Origin: Octopus vulgaris
Taxonomy: Eukaryota
Length of the DNA: 64,000 bases
NCBI GenBank assembly: GCA_951406725.2
Contig: OX597830.1
Location: 45,384,001-45,448,000, forward strand
Reading direction: 5' to 3'
In this document: positions 1 to 13,249 of the stretch, piece after piece
Layout of the letters: every line of letters begins with the position of its first letter
Position numbering within the stretch: position 1 is the stretch's first letter
Made by a program: the position numbers and the translations under genes
The notes under the pieces: model-generated
Told to the model about the DNA's origin: nothing
The model's database searches: none
What the model saw: the letters and a program-made list of their open reading frames with translations, nothing else

Positions 1-2769
1 TATTATTGTTGTTGTTGTTGTTTTACCTTACCAAAGTCAACTTTATCCTTCATCTTTTTGGGGCTGATAATTAAGTACCACTCAAGAATTATGGTAGATT
101 CTTCTTCTTCCTCTGTCATTCTCACCTTCTCTTCTACTTCTCTCTCTCCCATTCTCTTTCACTTTCTCAGAGGTGGTTGAAGGCAACAAGAGGGTGTCTC
201 TTAATAATTTCTAAAGTAAGGCAACAAGAAACCACTACATTTCATGACAACCACACAACACCTTTCAAGGAAGCCACCAACTGTCGTTTGTTGACTTGTC
301 GGATCAAGAAAGGAAATATCTCTAACGAGTTCGATAATTTTAGTTTTGTTGTTGTGTGTATGTGTGTATGCGTGAAAATATGTGTGTGTAAACATATGTG
401 TGTGTAAATATGTGTGTGTGTAAATGTGTGTGTGTGTAAACGTGTGTGTGTAAATGAGTGTAAATATGTGGTGGGGTGTACCGCATGCCATCCTATGAAA
501 AGATGTAGTGTTTATGTTGTATTGACCAACTTGAAAGATGGTAAGCTATAATATAGCTCAACATGGTCAACTAGGGAAAGAAATCATGCATATTGGCTCT
601 GGATAGATTACAAATGGTTGGCAATGTGTCGTAAACTGTTGTCGTGCTTGATTTCATGTTATAATCGATCTAAAACCTTGACATTACGTTTCTAAACTAG
701 CAACGATTTGTTGTTACGTGAATTGTTCGAGACAGAAATAGACTTCAGCTGTGTGTAGATGCTTACTTTAAATGATAGCATTGAAAATATACCTGTGCCT
801 TCTTTCTACATTTTTAATTATCTATTTTCATTTATTTATATATTTTCTTTTAATCATTTCCAGATTCCAGACTCAATACTTCATCACTCGCAAACACGTG
901 ATCAAAACAGAAATAGAACAATAAATTGGTTAGTCATAATTAACAGAGTGTGTTAGTACAAGTTGCTGCTTCTACTTGTTCTATCCAACCTATATCACAA
1001 TAAGAAACGTTTTACAAAGAAAGAAAAGAAAGCGCCAAAGAATGTATTTATATCGTCAGCAAAAACCGTTCAACATTCCCGACATTATTTTACTACTGTC
1101 AACACTAGTCTCTGTTTTTCACTCTTTGTATTCATTTTCTAAAACTCATCGTCTTCCAATTGTAATTCAACAGAACTCTTGTTTTATTTTTCTAACTGTA
1201 CTCCCATCTACTACTTTATTATTTTTTTTATTCCTATTCCATTTTTTCTGCCTCATCTTTTTTTTTTTTCTTTCTCATTTCAAATATTCATCGTTATCTT
1301 CATCCTTTCTGTCGTTCGTTATTATTTACTAGTTCTCGTTTTGCTACTAAATATAACTAACCAAACAAAGCCCAACAAATGATGATACCACTTTGCATTA
1401 ATGCAACTGACAGCCGAAAAATATCTTAATTAATCAAATATTAAAAGGAGGAAACTTCTATTGGATTGCTGCATCTAATAGAAATAGCAATTAAATTCCT
1501 CTCAAGTTACGCTTGAACGTTTTAACTAAAGAAGGGCATATTGAAAAATATAGTCCTTGGTATACAAAAACACATGTTCAGAAATCACTTGATTATACGT
1601 GATCCTGGTTATGGGGCTTAAATAGCAACATTGCAGCTACGTTGACCTCCAGAAATGATTCTATGTCATTCATTCAACTCTTTTGGTCTTTTTATGTAAT
1701 TTATCCGTAATTGTACTCGAAATAAAGACCTCTGTATTCAAACACACACACACACACACATACACACACATACATACAAGCATACATACATATACACACA
1801 GACATTGTCTCACACAAACGCACATGAGCACACGCACACGCGCGCACACGCACACACACACACACACTCTCAAATTCCCTTTCGGTCCGATACTTCAGAA
1901 CTAAATAAAATTATTTCTTTCCATCCGTCATTTCCATAAACTTACGAACGTTGCAAGTTCTTCAAATGCACAATAGAATCACTGTGTCACATTTCTTTTT
2001 TTTCTGAAGCTTCGAGATATATTTATATTCCCCTCCTACGCATCATCATCATCATCATCATCGTCATCACTACCACCATTGTCGTTTTCATCGTCGTCGT
2101 CATCGTCATCATTTTTTAATTATGGAAATGTAGGTCGATGGCAGGAGGATGACGGGGACAGAATGGTAACTCTAATGACGGTGGGGGGGGTGATAGGATA
2201 GAAACAAGGGCGGTTTCGGTTACGTTACAGTCTTATTTAAAACAATGAACGTACGTGCCTTGAAAACAAATGCAAGTTGAAGGGCGATTTCATCTGGCCA
2301 ACAGCGAGACCAAACAACATATAAAGCATAGCATTAACCGTTTGCTAGCAACCAAACCAATGTTTGGTAAAAAGTTCCAGGGGACAAAAAACAGAAGTAA
2401 CTAACTACTCAGGTATGACGTCACAAGGTCGACTTTACCTTTCATCCTTTCGGGGTCGAATGCAATAGGTTCAGCACTGGGATCGATCTAATCGACCTCC
2501 GCCGAAATTGCAGAGCTTCTGCCAAAACTTGAAAGCATTATTATAATTTTTTCTTCTTCTTTCAATTTTGTTTTCATTTCTTTCCGAGTGTCTTCCCGAC
2601 TTCTTGGGCAAATAAACTCACTTGTATACATTGGTAGGCCATTAAACTAAACTCGTGGAATCCGAATCAAACTGTTTAGAATAATAAATGTAAATGCCAA
2701 TAAATATATTGAGTACCCTTTCTTTCGTTTGTCCACTCCCTCATGTACTTACTTTTACTTTATATATAT

Positions 2770-5310
2770 AAGATCAGTTTCAGTTCAAAGTTGTGGCCAA
2801 GCTGAGGTACCGCCGTTTTGCTACATTGTTATTATCAAGGGCCTCCTCTGATATGTAGCATTTAGTGAATAAAGGAGTTTGATGTTGCCGCCCTACATCC
2901 ACTTTGTGTAGGTCCCTCAGACACATTGAGAGAATATTAAAAAGCTATGGGCCTTTGAAACCTAGGCTGTTACATTGATTGGTCCTGAAGCGTGACGGCA
3001 TTGTTTGGATCTTTGGCACTGTGCAGTGGCGATCTGTGCTGACATTTGTGTAGCTTTCAATGCCAAAATTTGGCACAATGCCTTCCGGAATATTCCAGAT
3101 GTATATTACTACATATCTCTCCCGCCTCTCCAGGGAGTAGCGTCCTGGCTGTTTCAGCCTTTACCAGTAGCTGAGCTGTTTCAATGAAACGATCTTCTTT
3201 GTGAAGCTTCGCTAGATTGCTTCAAGGTCCACTGTTAATTTTACACTGTGGGATGAGCATAGCTGGGAGCACTAGTCAAGGCGGCTGAGGACGAATGTCC
3301 TCAAGAGGACCATCATGGTTTCTTTCTCTCTGGTTCTGAAGATTCTCAGGATCCAGCCAGCTAGCCGTCTGCACTTTGTTGCCATCTTGGTAATGTGCAC
3401 TTGGAAAGAGATATCATCACTCATGTCGATACCCAGGTCCCGCACTGATTTAGGTTCTGGAATTGTTATCGCTCCTGGGCCAGTGTACTCTAAGTTTTTC
3501 GTTCGGTTTTGGGTGCTGGTAGCGCAGGGCTTGGAATTTTCCAGCATTAAACTGTATATTATTGTGCTCAGCCCATCTGTAAATTGCGTCCAACTCCTTC
3601 TGCAGGCGTGCAACATCGCTAGAGTTTCGTATTTTCTGTGATACTTTCGTATTGTCTGCGTAGCTAGCAAAAGTGGCTATCCGGGCAGATGAGGGCATAT
3701 CTGAGAAGGTCACTATGAAAATCAGTGGTTTCAAAACAGTGCCCTGTGAAACACCACTTGCTATTTGTGTTTTCTTTGAAATGGCTCCACTGGCCACTTC
3801 TGCCTGACGTTTAACTTTCAGAAAGTCATGTAACCAAGCTCCAAGTTTTCCAGCTACGCCAATGTCGCGCAGTTTGTGGTATATCATACCATGATCCACT
3901 TTATCAAAAGCTTCTGCAAAGTCAAGGTATAGTACGTCCACATTTGAACTGTTGAGTAACTACTTCAACACCCAGTCATGGTGCTGTAGGAGCTGGGTCA
4001 GGCAGCTCCTACCTGGTCGACAACCATGCTGGGTATCACTCAGCAAATCGCTTCCTTCAAGGAATGCGATTAGTTTCCCTCTGACTATTCGTTCCATGAC
4101 TTTGCTGATGTGTGAAGTCAGAGAAATAGGCCTATAATTTTTGGCATCTGCTCTGCTTCCCCCTTTATGGATTTGACATATTGTTCCCTCCTTCAGTTTG
4201 CTTGGCAGCTTGCCATTTGCAAGAATGCTCTGGAAGAGAATCTAGAGAGGTTTCGCCAGGGCACGCTTACACGATTTGAGGAAGAATGCTGGGAAACCAT
4301 CAGGTCTAGCAGTTGAGTTTACGTCCACCTCATCTATGGCTAGTAATATATCTTCTTCACTAATGTCGATGTAATCCATCGTAACTGCTTCGCTGGTTAT
4401 AGGAGAGGCGGCAAAGAAGTCCACTGATTCGTTCACTTGCCTGTGTTCCAACGGTGTGGTAAAGGCACTTTTGAACTAGTCATTCAGTATCTCACTGATC
4501 CTGGTTGGACTATCTGTGAGAGAGCCATCCTCTTGGAAGAGGGGTCCTATTTTGCAGCGTACTGATACTGTTTCTTTGGAATAATGAAAGAAGGCCTTTA
4601 TGGTTGCCTTGATGTTTTTTATAACCCAGGCTTCTTTGTCTGCTCTCTCCTTCACATAGGATTGTTGCAGGCTTTTCCCAATTTCCATCAGTGTTGTTTT
4701 TAGACAGGATCTTTCACTACTTTTGGGATATTGGTTGAAGCGATTTACAACCTTCGTCCGTCATCTCATGAGGATCTTTCTCTCCTTTCGAATCTTGTTC
4801 CTTATTTGTGCCGTCCTTGTGCTCTGGGACATATTTCTGGCATATAGTTTGCATAGCAGACATGAAATATTCTAGTTTCATGTCAATGTCTGGTGTGGAG
4901 AGAAATTTCGGCCAGTCCCGTCTAAGGATCTCTTTTTAGATCGATTTGTGGAAGTTCAGATTGTTCGATTTGTGGAAGTTCAGCTTACATGTGCTGGCGT
5001 TAGGGGAGGCCGTCCCGTGACTGTTGATTGTGGTGGTCTTGCGCAGTGTGAGCAAGGTTCCGTGTTTGAGCTTGATGTAGCCAAGTCAGCTGCACAATCT
5101 TTTGCGCCATGCACAAAAGAAAACTTGTTCAGCTGCTGTCTTTTGCATTACACCTGAAGAGCGCACTGCATCTGAATACTTTCTCTTTGGAGACGATTGG
5201 TGACTCCTCTGGCAAGTATTTCTCCTTAAGGTCCCTGTAGTTTTGGCGGGGTCTCGGCTGAGCAAACCGCCAGTTTCTTCCGGCCACTCCATACCAACAT
5301 TTGCGTTGCA
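2770..5310 (-). mobile_element. 5'-truncated, frameshifted CR1/L2-group LINE (end of endonuclease, RT, 3' end)
   Basis: ORF pieces include RPDGFPAFFLKSCKRALAKPL, DVLYLDFAEAFDKVDHG, SGVSQGTVLKPLIF, YADNTK, SVRDLGIDMSDDISF and TFVLSRLD. Confidence 0.9.
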
Positions 5311-5312
5311 AG

Positions 5313-5356
<44 letters not shown>

Positions 5357-5360
<4 letters not shown>

Positions 5361-5510
5361 GTGAGGTAAGAAGCTTCCTTCCTAACCATATGGTTCCGGG
5401 TTCAGTCCCACTGCGTAGCGCCTTGGACAAGTGTATTTTAGTATAGCCTCAGGCCGACCAAAGCCTTGTGAGTATTATTGGTAGATGGAAACTGAAAGAA
5501 AACCATAGTA
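5357..5510 (+). mobile_element. SINE family B, 5' part (interrupted by a MITE)
   Basis: Matches the head of the 38124-38517 copy: ...ggttccgggttcagtcccactgcg...ccttggacaagtgt...atagcctcaggccgaccaaagccttgtgagt. Confidence 0.8.
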
Positions 5511-5731
5511 CAGTAATCCCTCGACTATCGCGGGTGTTACGTTTCAAAAACGCGCTTGATAGGGGAAAATCTGCGAAGTAGAAACAGTACTGTACTGTAT
5601 ATTTTTTTTATTATATTAATAGTTTGTATATACATTTATTTTATTATAAATGCAAAACAACACCACGGAGGAATCGATGTAAGCTTAATAAACCGCAATA
5701 GGAGAACCGCGATATGGTGAGGGGATCACTG
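5511..5731. mobile_element. pogo/Tigger-like MITE inserted into the SINE
   Basis: TIRs cagtaatccctcgactatcgcgg / ccgcgatatggtgaggggatcactg, with TA immediately 5'. Confidence 0.75.
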
Positions 5732-6278
5732 TGTGTGTGCGTGTATATATATATATATATATAAATATGTTGTATACACTCCCCCACCCACCACTTATAC
5801 ATATATGTTGTGGGTAGAAATAGTGAGCGTGAAAAAGTAAATAAATATCTTAGAAAGTACATCGTCATTTGTTCTGGGAGGAGCCGCCAAAATCTTCGGA
5901 CCCCGAGAAAGCTGATAATTTTCTCCGCCACGTTCATGTCACCCTTTGATATTTCCGATGAGGGAAAATAACTCCCAACCGAAAGTCAGATCATAGTGAG
6001 AGATTAGTCTAAAACGTTCATTATATATTTTAATGTGTCTCGGTTGTTGATTTGTGATTGTACCAAAGAGGTTTCTGTTGAATCATGGTAGATTCTACAT
6101 GTTATTAACGTAAGGTCTTTGTTTAGCCAATTGGATCCGTATGTTCAATTTTTTCTCTCGTCTGCATTAACATCTGTTTTTTTGTTTTGTTCTGCCATAA
6201 CTACTCTGGCGAAGCATTTAAACGCGGAAACTGAAAAGTAACTGCTTATGGCTTCAATTAATTAAATTAATTAAAAAT

Positions 6279-6346
<68 letters not shown>

Positions 6347-7380
6347 CGTGCGTGCATGCGTGCGTGCGATGTTTTATAGTGAAGAAACAATAAGCTTCCG
6401 ACCCGACGATTCAATTGACATGGCTCTTGTTTTTGCCCACCAAATAATAATCATCCTAATATCTGTCAAATTGAAATTTAAAAATATAAAAACAGTGGAT
6501 ATTGTAGTCCTAGATAAACTATGCCTAAAACGTAAAGGCGAGCGGCAACAACTGGATCATGCCTGCTTGATCGAGGTTGAAGAAAAAAAAATTCATGAAA
6601 TGAAGAACTTTTTAATACATTTCACAGAGAATCGTTTTCTTTCGCTTCAACCAGTCTGCTGCGTCATTCATAAGTCATGACACGTAAAAAGGTTACGGTG
6701 TCAGCAAAGTGTCATAACCAACAGAAGAGTTTATATCAGCAAGTTACCATATGTAAGACTAAAATATCAAGGACCCGAGAAAAGTTACAATAACGAGTCT
6801 GGGGTCAGTTTTCAAATCAGAATTAACAGGAAGTTTATGGCATGTACTTCGTGAGTAGAGTGAGCCTTAGAAGAAGCAGTAAAGTGCCGAAGAATTTATT
6901 ATCGACTGAAAATGAAAGATATAGTCGTAGGCAATTTCTTCGAAATCCGCCTCTATTTTTATGAAGTGGTTGAGTTGATAGAACAACGTGACATGTTTTT
7001 ATAGTATGCTAACCAAACTTACAAAGAGTTTATTGTCTTTGAAATAACTACTGCTGCGTGTCAACTCCAACAGTAACTTCACCAAAATCCCCGCTCACCC
7101 CATTCATAAAAACAACCATTCCCTTGTTTATGAAACTCGCCTTCATTGACAATAACTAAGGACAAGCGTTACTATGTCACTATGATTTTATTCTTATCAA
7201 AGTGTCCTAAATTATATTATATCTCCACTCGAGACTATTTGCATTTTTTCTTTTACTTTTTACAAGCTAAGTTCGGGCTTATAAACAGTCAAGTTGGCGG
7301 TTTGTTCATATATTATATATGAATATACATTTATATTTAAATATATGTATGGTCATATATATATAAATGTACACGTGCGC

Positions 7381-7384
7381 GCGC

Positions 7385-7426
<42 letters not shown>

Positions 7427-7471
7427 AGTACATATCACTCTCTCTCTTTCTCTCTTTGTGTATGTGTGTGT

Positions 7472-7563
<92 letters not shown>

Positions 7564-7596
7564 ATGCATATATATATATATGTGTGTGTGTGTGTG

Positions 7597-7675
<79 letters not shown>
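7381..7675. repeat. Compound (TA)n/(TG)n microsatellite, representative of many in the window, e.g. (TG)n 6281-6342, (TAA)n 9809-9860, (GAAA)n 12368-12440, (ATGT)n 19712-19805
   Basis: Directly visible in the sequence. Confidence 0.95.
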
Positions 7676-7677
<2 letters not shown>

Positions 7678-7689
7678 CGTAATGAGATA

Positions 7690-7965
7690 AAAAAAAACCA
7701 AGGCTGTGTAGATTTTAGAACATTTGTAAATAAGTCTTACAGCTGTTTCTAAGATATTTATTATATCCCTTCATCGGAGACAGTGTGAGAAGATGACTAA
7801 GCAATAGTTAATTTAAATAAGATACGAAATAGAGAGTGAAGTGGAGGAATGAGACCCCTTATTCGCATAATTACCGAACCTGGAACTTAACTATGGTCTA
7901 TCCATAGCACTTATTCAGCATTACTTGACACCTTTGGGTTGCACTGACACCATTACCTCTCATAA
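7690..7965 (-). mobile_element. Short TA-embedded Penelope-pLTR-like element with hammerhead-like motif
   Basis: Minus strand reads gtct-CCGATGA-agggatat aataa atatctta-GAAA-cagctg-TA-agac at ~7735-7782. Flanked by (TA)n. Confidence 0.5.
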
Positions 7966-8019
<54 letters not shown>

Positions 8020-8700
8020 TTTAGCTATATGTCCGGTCATAGACTGATCAATGGTTTCGCATCCATAAAGTGTTTAGCTTTATAGACGACTCGTCAGACT
8101 CAAATGGCCGCCAGCATATAACCTCTCTTCAAACTGGAGGTAGAAAACCGTGACGGTCAGTTAATTTGTAGATAAAATATACACTGCCTCAGCCCTAAAC
8201 GAGTTATCGTTCTTAGACCGGTCCGGTTGGCAAACCTGGTGGACCTAACGAGCGAAACAGGGAATCTCCGCTCTTAGGCCGCTTACAGTCCGCATGTACT
8301 TTTTACAGCCCTAATCGATAAACGGGGAATCCCCTGCTGGCAGACGACAGCATTTGAAAAGACTGGGCAGAGACAGAACAAAGCGCCAACTTGATTGTTT
8401 AAAAGCCCGGAATTCGTTTCTTCGATATATCTTCCAACCAACCGGAAAACGAGATCCTGACTTCACCGACCAAAACTAAATTCTTTGCTTCGTGCGGGTT
8501 TTACTCTTTCTGTTTGAAAGAATAAAATTCAGATAAACTAAGCTACATTTCGTTGACAGTGTCAGGATTTTGTCTGGTTGTATACTACTAACGTATCTTG
8601 AAGTCACGTGGATGTAAAGGATCAATGAGGTGACTCCGAAACTGATAAAAAAAAATGTGTTACACACATACCAGAAAGATTACATGAAGGCGAGTGGTCT
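8020..8700 (-). mobile_element. Penelope-pLTR-like non-coding element with hammerhead core
   Basis: Minus strand has CTGACGA (8097-8091), a long stem II and GAAA (8058-8055). Adjacent to (TA)n. The right boundary is uncertain. Confidence 0.45.
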
Positions 8701-9314
8701 GTAAATCAAACAGAACATACTTTGATCAAGCCATCAAACTTATGCAATAAATTTAAATAATCATCGCTCATGTCTCGTAAAAACACAATGGTTTATTTGA
8801 TATTTTAATTAGAGCGTTATAAGGAATAACTACATATCAATCCCCAGTTTGAATTACTCTCATCTGCTAGGGATTCCGTATGTTTAATGCATTTCAAAAA
8901 GAAAGCAATGAAGACGGCGAATAACTAAATCCCAGATGATGTACTTTCAGATATATTTAGCTCAGGTTAAAAATATCTCAGAGAATTCAAAATGAGAAAC
9001 AGGAGTCGGCCAGACCAGTCACCTTCTGTTGGTGCTGTTAATAAACTATTTGAACTAAGCTTACAAGCCATTTTCTAATTAAATGCAGGTTTATAGTTTA
9101 TATATAGAAATAGCAATAGAGAATGTACAAACGATGCCTTCAGCTAGTGTTTCCCAAGCGGGAATTAACTGCCGTGTAGGGGCCGCCGAGCAGTTCGTCG
9201 AATCAGTAGAAAGAAAGAGAAAAATAATTTGTTTTTTTATCAAAGAAAAAAATGCAAGCTTTGTGTTAACATTTTGGTGATGAAACGTTGGAGGTGATGA
9301 TGACAACGACGATG

Positions 9315-9807
9315 AGGCACAAGAACTGAAATTTGGGGGAGGGGATTAGTCGATTACATCGACCCCAATGTTTCACTGATGCTTATTTTATCGACCCCTC
9401 AAGGATGAAAGGCAAAGTCGACCACAGAATGTAGAGACAGACGAAATATCTATTTCTTTACTACTCACAAGGGGCTAAACACAGAGAGGACAAACGGATT
9501 AAGTCGATTATATCGACCCCAGTGCATAACTGGTACTTACTTAATCGACCCCGAAAGGATGAAAGGCAAAGTCGACCTCAGAATGTAGAGATAAACAAAA
9601 TACCTATTTCTTTACTACCCACAAGGGACTAAACGCAAACAAGGACAGACAAACGACCCCAGTGCGTAACTGGTACTTAATTTATCGACCCCGAAAGGAT
9701 GAAAGGCAAAGTCGACCTCGGCGGAATTTGAACTCAGAACATAGCGGCAGACGAAATACCGGTAAGCATTTCGCCCGGCGTGCTAACGTCTCTGCCAGCT
9801 CGCCGCC

Positions 9808-9809
<2 letters not shown>
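9315..9809 (-). mobile_element. SINE family A, tandem/nested trimer
   Basis: One full head (aaggcggcgagctggcaga...gttcaaattcc) followed by three copies of gtcgactttgcctttcatcct...ggggtcgat. Confidence 0.85.
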
Positions 9810-9859
<50 letters not shown>

Positions 9860-9861
<2 letters not shown>

Positions 9862-10500
9862 GTTTATTGGTCACAAGAACCGAACACAAAACACAGAAAC
9901 AATACAACACAAGGGACAAGTGGGGTTTACTACAAAGTCGTGTGAAAAAATAACAATTAACAATAACAAACAATAAAAGGCGGGGTTTCATCCCATGGGC
10001 AACCGATGAACCCCACACATCCTGGTTGTTCCAACCGCCTGGTGCATCTCAGCAGGTGCCTCTCCTTCACAACTCTTCCGGTTTACACGTGAATGTTCAG
10101 AATAGGCCATCTTCGCGAGATTCACCCACCTTTCAACAAAAATACTGGGGCAGAACTTCCCTTCCACTCTCACTTTCCTTTTGAAGAGGAACTTGAAAAA
10201 AGTGGATGGGGGCTTGGCTGAAGAGGGAAGTATTTTTGTTCAGTCCTTTCAGTCTCGTTCACCAATTCCACCAGACAGAAGAAGGCGACGGGGCGATCTT
10301 CACGATGGACTCGGCTGATAATCGGATCCGTCCTACACGCATCAACACCTTTTCCACAAAGCTCCACAAGACAATGATGCCCGGACACTGGACGAAAGAA
10401 TGCATGACGGTTTCATCACCCTGCACACATTTCGGACAGGTCCGTCTGACAGCACTTCCGTCTCTCTAGAGCTTGTCTCGAACGCGGCAGATACCTCCAG
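9860..10500 (-). mobile_element. Tx1/L1-clade LINE 3' fragment
   Basis: Minus strand encodes TCPKCVQGDETVMHSFVQCP...LW (C-terminal zinc-knuckle region), followed by a T-rich 3'UTR and AATAAA next to (TAA)n. Confidence 0.65.
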
Positions 10501-12089
10501 ATAATGAAATAAATATAAAATAATCATACAATAAGTAGAATATAAATTTGAAAAACACGTAAAGCATTTCTAGTGACCCACGCTCGACCGGGAACCCACA
10601 GACAGGGTTGGAGCGGACTCCCAATCACCCTACCCTTCATTTTACTTCTTTCGATGCATCCAAAGTCACTGTCAGTATTTTGGATGTAGGACAGTTTATG
10701 AATATCCTAAAGTGTTTTGATATATTCATAAATATTCATTTGTATTACTGTAAACTCCCTGACGTTTCCCTGGAGAAGTGAAACCCTCTCGTAGCTTTCG
10801 TTGTCTTTTGTTGTGTTTACACTTTTTTTTGAGGATAGATATTTTTTCTTCTTATCTTTTCAGCGAGGGTTTGTTCTGGTTCCTTCTGCATCTCCAGGTC
10901 ACCAAGAACGACTGGTTGTTGTTGCTGCTTACTACAGTTGCCGGGGATAGGCTGTCTACTCGTTTCCAGAGCCAGACATGAAGTGATCACCCCAATTATT
11001 TGTGGAGCTACGATTGACTGTGTTCAGGAAACTGGGGCCTGCTGATTTTGTTGCTTCCTCAGTTGCGCTTTGCTGCCTTCATCTGCCTTAGCCTTCCCTT
11101 CTTCGTGTAAAAAAAGACTATCAAGTAGTCTTTACCAAGAAATGTATAAAATCTAGGCTTTGCTCCGCCCTTTGTTTCATGCTCTCAGGTGAGCTTAGCT
11201 CTGGTTTGACCTTATGGGCTTCGGAGCTCATTACGATTTGAAAACGCATCTTGGCCCTTCCTAATCACATGTTGCTTCTCGTAATCCCTTCCCTAACCTT
11301 TACCCATCCCTACTGCGATACAGGAAGAAGAAAAACTAGCGACCAGCCACTGGTCTACACCGCTTCCAGTGCCTCTCATCGTCATTTCTGTATTTCTCTG
11401 TCAAAACCACAGAGGCGTATTGGTAAGATTTTAACTATTTCAGCCATTATTTTGGCTGAGTCTTCAATCCTAAAGGTATAGCAGTAATATAACCGTTACT
11501 CCTCCAAACGAGACAAGAATTTCCTGTAGTTCTTCTCTCAAATGCTATTTCGACAGGAATTAGAAACCACCGCCATCCATCATAATGCACAAATATGTTA
11601 TTTTCTCTTTGCCTTTTCTTACATTAGATCCTAAAGTGCAGAAATACGGTCAGTTGATTCTTTTCCCTGAGAACTTTGTCAATTTAGTCTGTTTATAATG
11701 ATAGAGGCAAAACTGGTTTATTTAACACTACTTCTAAATGCAATATTGTTATTACTGCTAACATTCAAAATATTTGTTAAACCGTTCGACAGAATTTCTT
11801 TTTTTCCATTAAATGTCCATATATGGACATTTAAGTATTCTTCTTTTTTTTTTCCTTTTTGTTGTGAACGTCTATTCTTTGGTATAATTTTTTGCGGCCT
11901 TTTTTCTTTGTTTTGTGATCTCTTATTTTCGCTTTGTTGAGAATCTAGCAGAGATTTTTGTGTAACGCGTCATCAAAAGGTGAAAGCAAATGAAATATGA
12001 AGTTGGTGAAGGCAAACCCGTCTTGTTTGCATCCGGGTGTCAGATCAAAATCTCCAAGCAACTTTCTCATGGGCAGGTACTCCAATGAA

Positions 12090-12312
12090 AAGGCGGCGAG
12101 CTGGCAGAAACGTTAGCATACCGGGCGAAATGCTTAGCGGTATTTCGTCTGCCGCTACGTTCTGAGTTCAAATTACGCCGAGGTCGACTTTACCTCTCAT
12201 CCTTTCAGGGTCGATTAAATAAGTACCAGTTACGCATTGGGGTCGATATAATCGACTTAATCCGTTTGTCTGTCCTTGTTTGTGTTTAGCCCCTTGTGGG
12301 TAGTAAAGAAAT
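12090..12312 (+). mobile_element. SINE family A, full-length with 15-bp TSD
   Basis: Pol III A-box-like (gctggcagaaacgttag) and B-box (gagttcaaatt) motifs. TSD aggtactccaatgaa at 12075-12089 and 12313-12327. Confidence 0.9.
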
Positions 12313-12367
12313 AGGTACTCCAATGAATGACATTTTCAAGCAGCAGCAGCAGTAGTAGTTGTAGTAG

Positions 12368-12438
<71 letters not shown>

Positions 12439-12469
12439 AAATTCGACAGCTAGAAACGTTCAAAAAGTT

Positions 12470-13150
12470 ACTGTAACAAGAGGGGAATGCAAGAACCGAG
12501 GGAAGAACAATAGAACAAACAAATGGAAAGAGATGGAATTACAAAGCCAATTCATGCAACAAACAGACGATGTTTAGAAGTGAAGAACGCTGTGTTTGGC
12601 TGACAGTCAGGAACTAGAAACGAAAGACTGAAATCTTAATCGTAAATCGCTCGGGAACAAACCACCAGAACAAGACTGATAAGGGCAAAGATCGACAAAA
12701 CTTAGTCAGATAGCGAATGTAGAATCTCCAGGAAAGGAGACGTAAGTATCAGTTATTCTTGAATGAGTGCAGTATACTAGCACAAAAGGAGTATAAGCGC
12801 GGGCATGACTGTGTAGGTAAAAGAGTGCATTGGGATATTAGTTTAGTGTGTGGCTTCAAAATAACAAAAAAAGTGGTATAAAGAACGAGCCAGAAGCTGT
12901 GAAAAAGATTTGGAATTACAGAATTTTATGACACTTCTTTCATAAAGACTGATCATACTATTGACGCAAGAGGACTAAATATGATTGTAGAGGACAAAAG
13001 AAACAGTGTAAGACTTAGCAATACCATATAATAACAGAGTACATACCAAAGAAATTTTAAAATATCAGGACCTGAACCGAGAAATAAAATTATTCTTGAC
13101 CACAAATGTAGCAATTGTCCCCAAGAATATGTCTTAGGGTTCGTGCAGAA
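12470..13150 (+). mobile_element. Degenerate R4/Dong-like (restriction-like endonuclease) LINE 3' fragment
   Basis: Translates to ...NECSILAQKEYKRGHDCVGKRVHWDI...KTDHTIDARGLNMIVEDK, matching the RHD and PD..D region of RLE LINEs. Confidence 0.7.
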
Positions 13151-13249
13151 TCTTTCGTTTTGGCGTAATTTACATAGTAGATAAAATAGGTCAAGTTAGC
13201 AACCATGGCGACCTACACTAGTGTTTCTTATCCCAAACAACCAAGAGAT

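Noticed and set aside
5945-6260. Further hammerhead-like boxes (ccgatga ~5955; ctggcga...ggaaac ~6205-6230)
   Set aside because: Too degenerate to pair all three stems.
7294-7752. Long ORFs of YI/CV/HT/MYVC repeats here and throughout the window
   Set aside because: They are stop-free translations of (TA)n, (TG)n and (ATGT)n microsatellites.
9340-9730. CRISPR-like repeat-spacer array
   Set aside because: The 'spacers' are homologous SINE segments and the context is eukaryotic.
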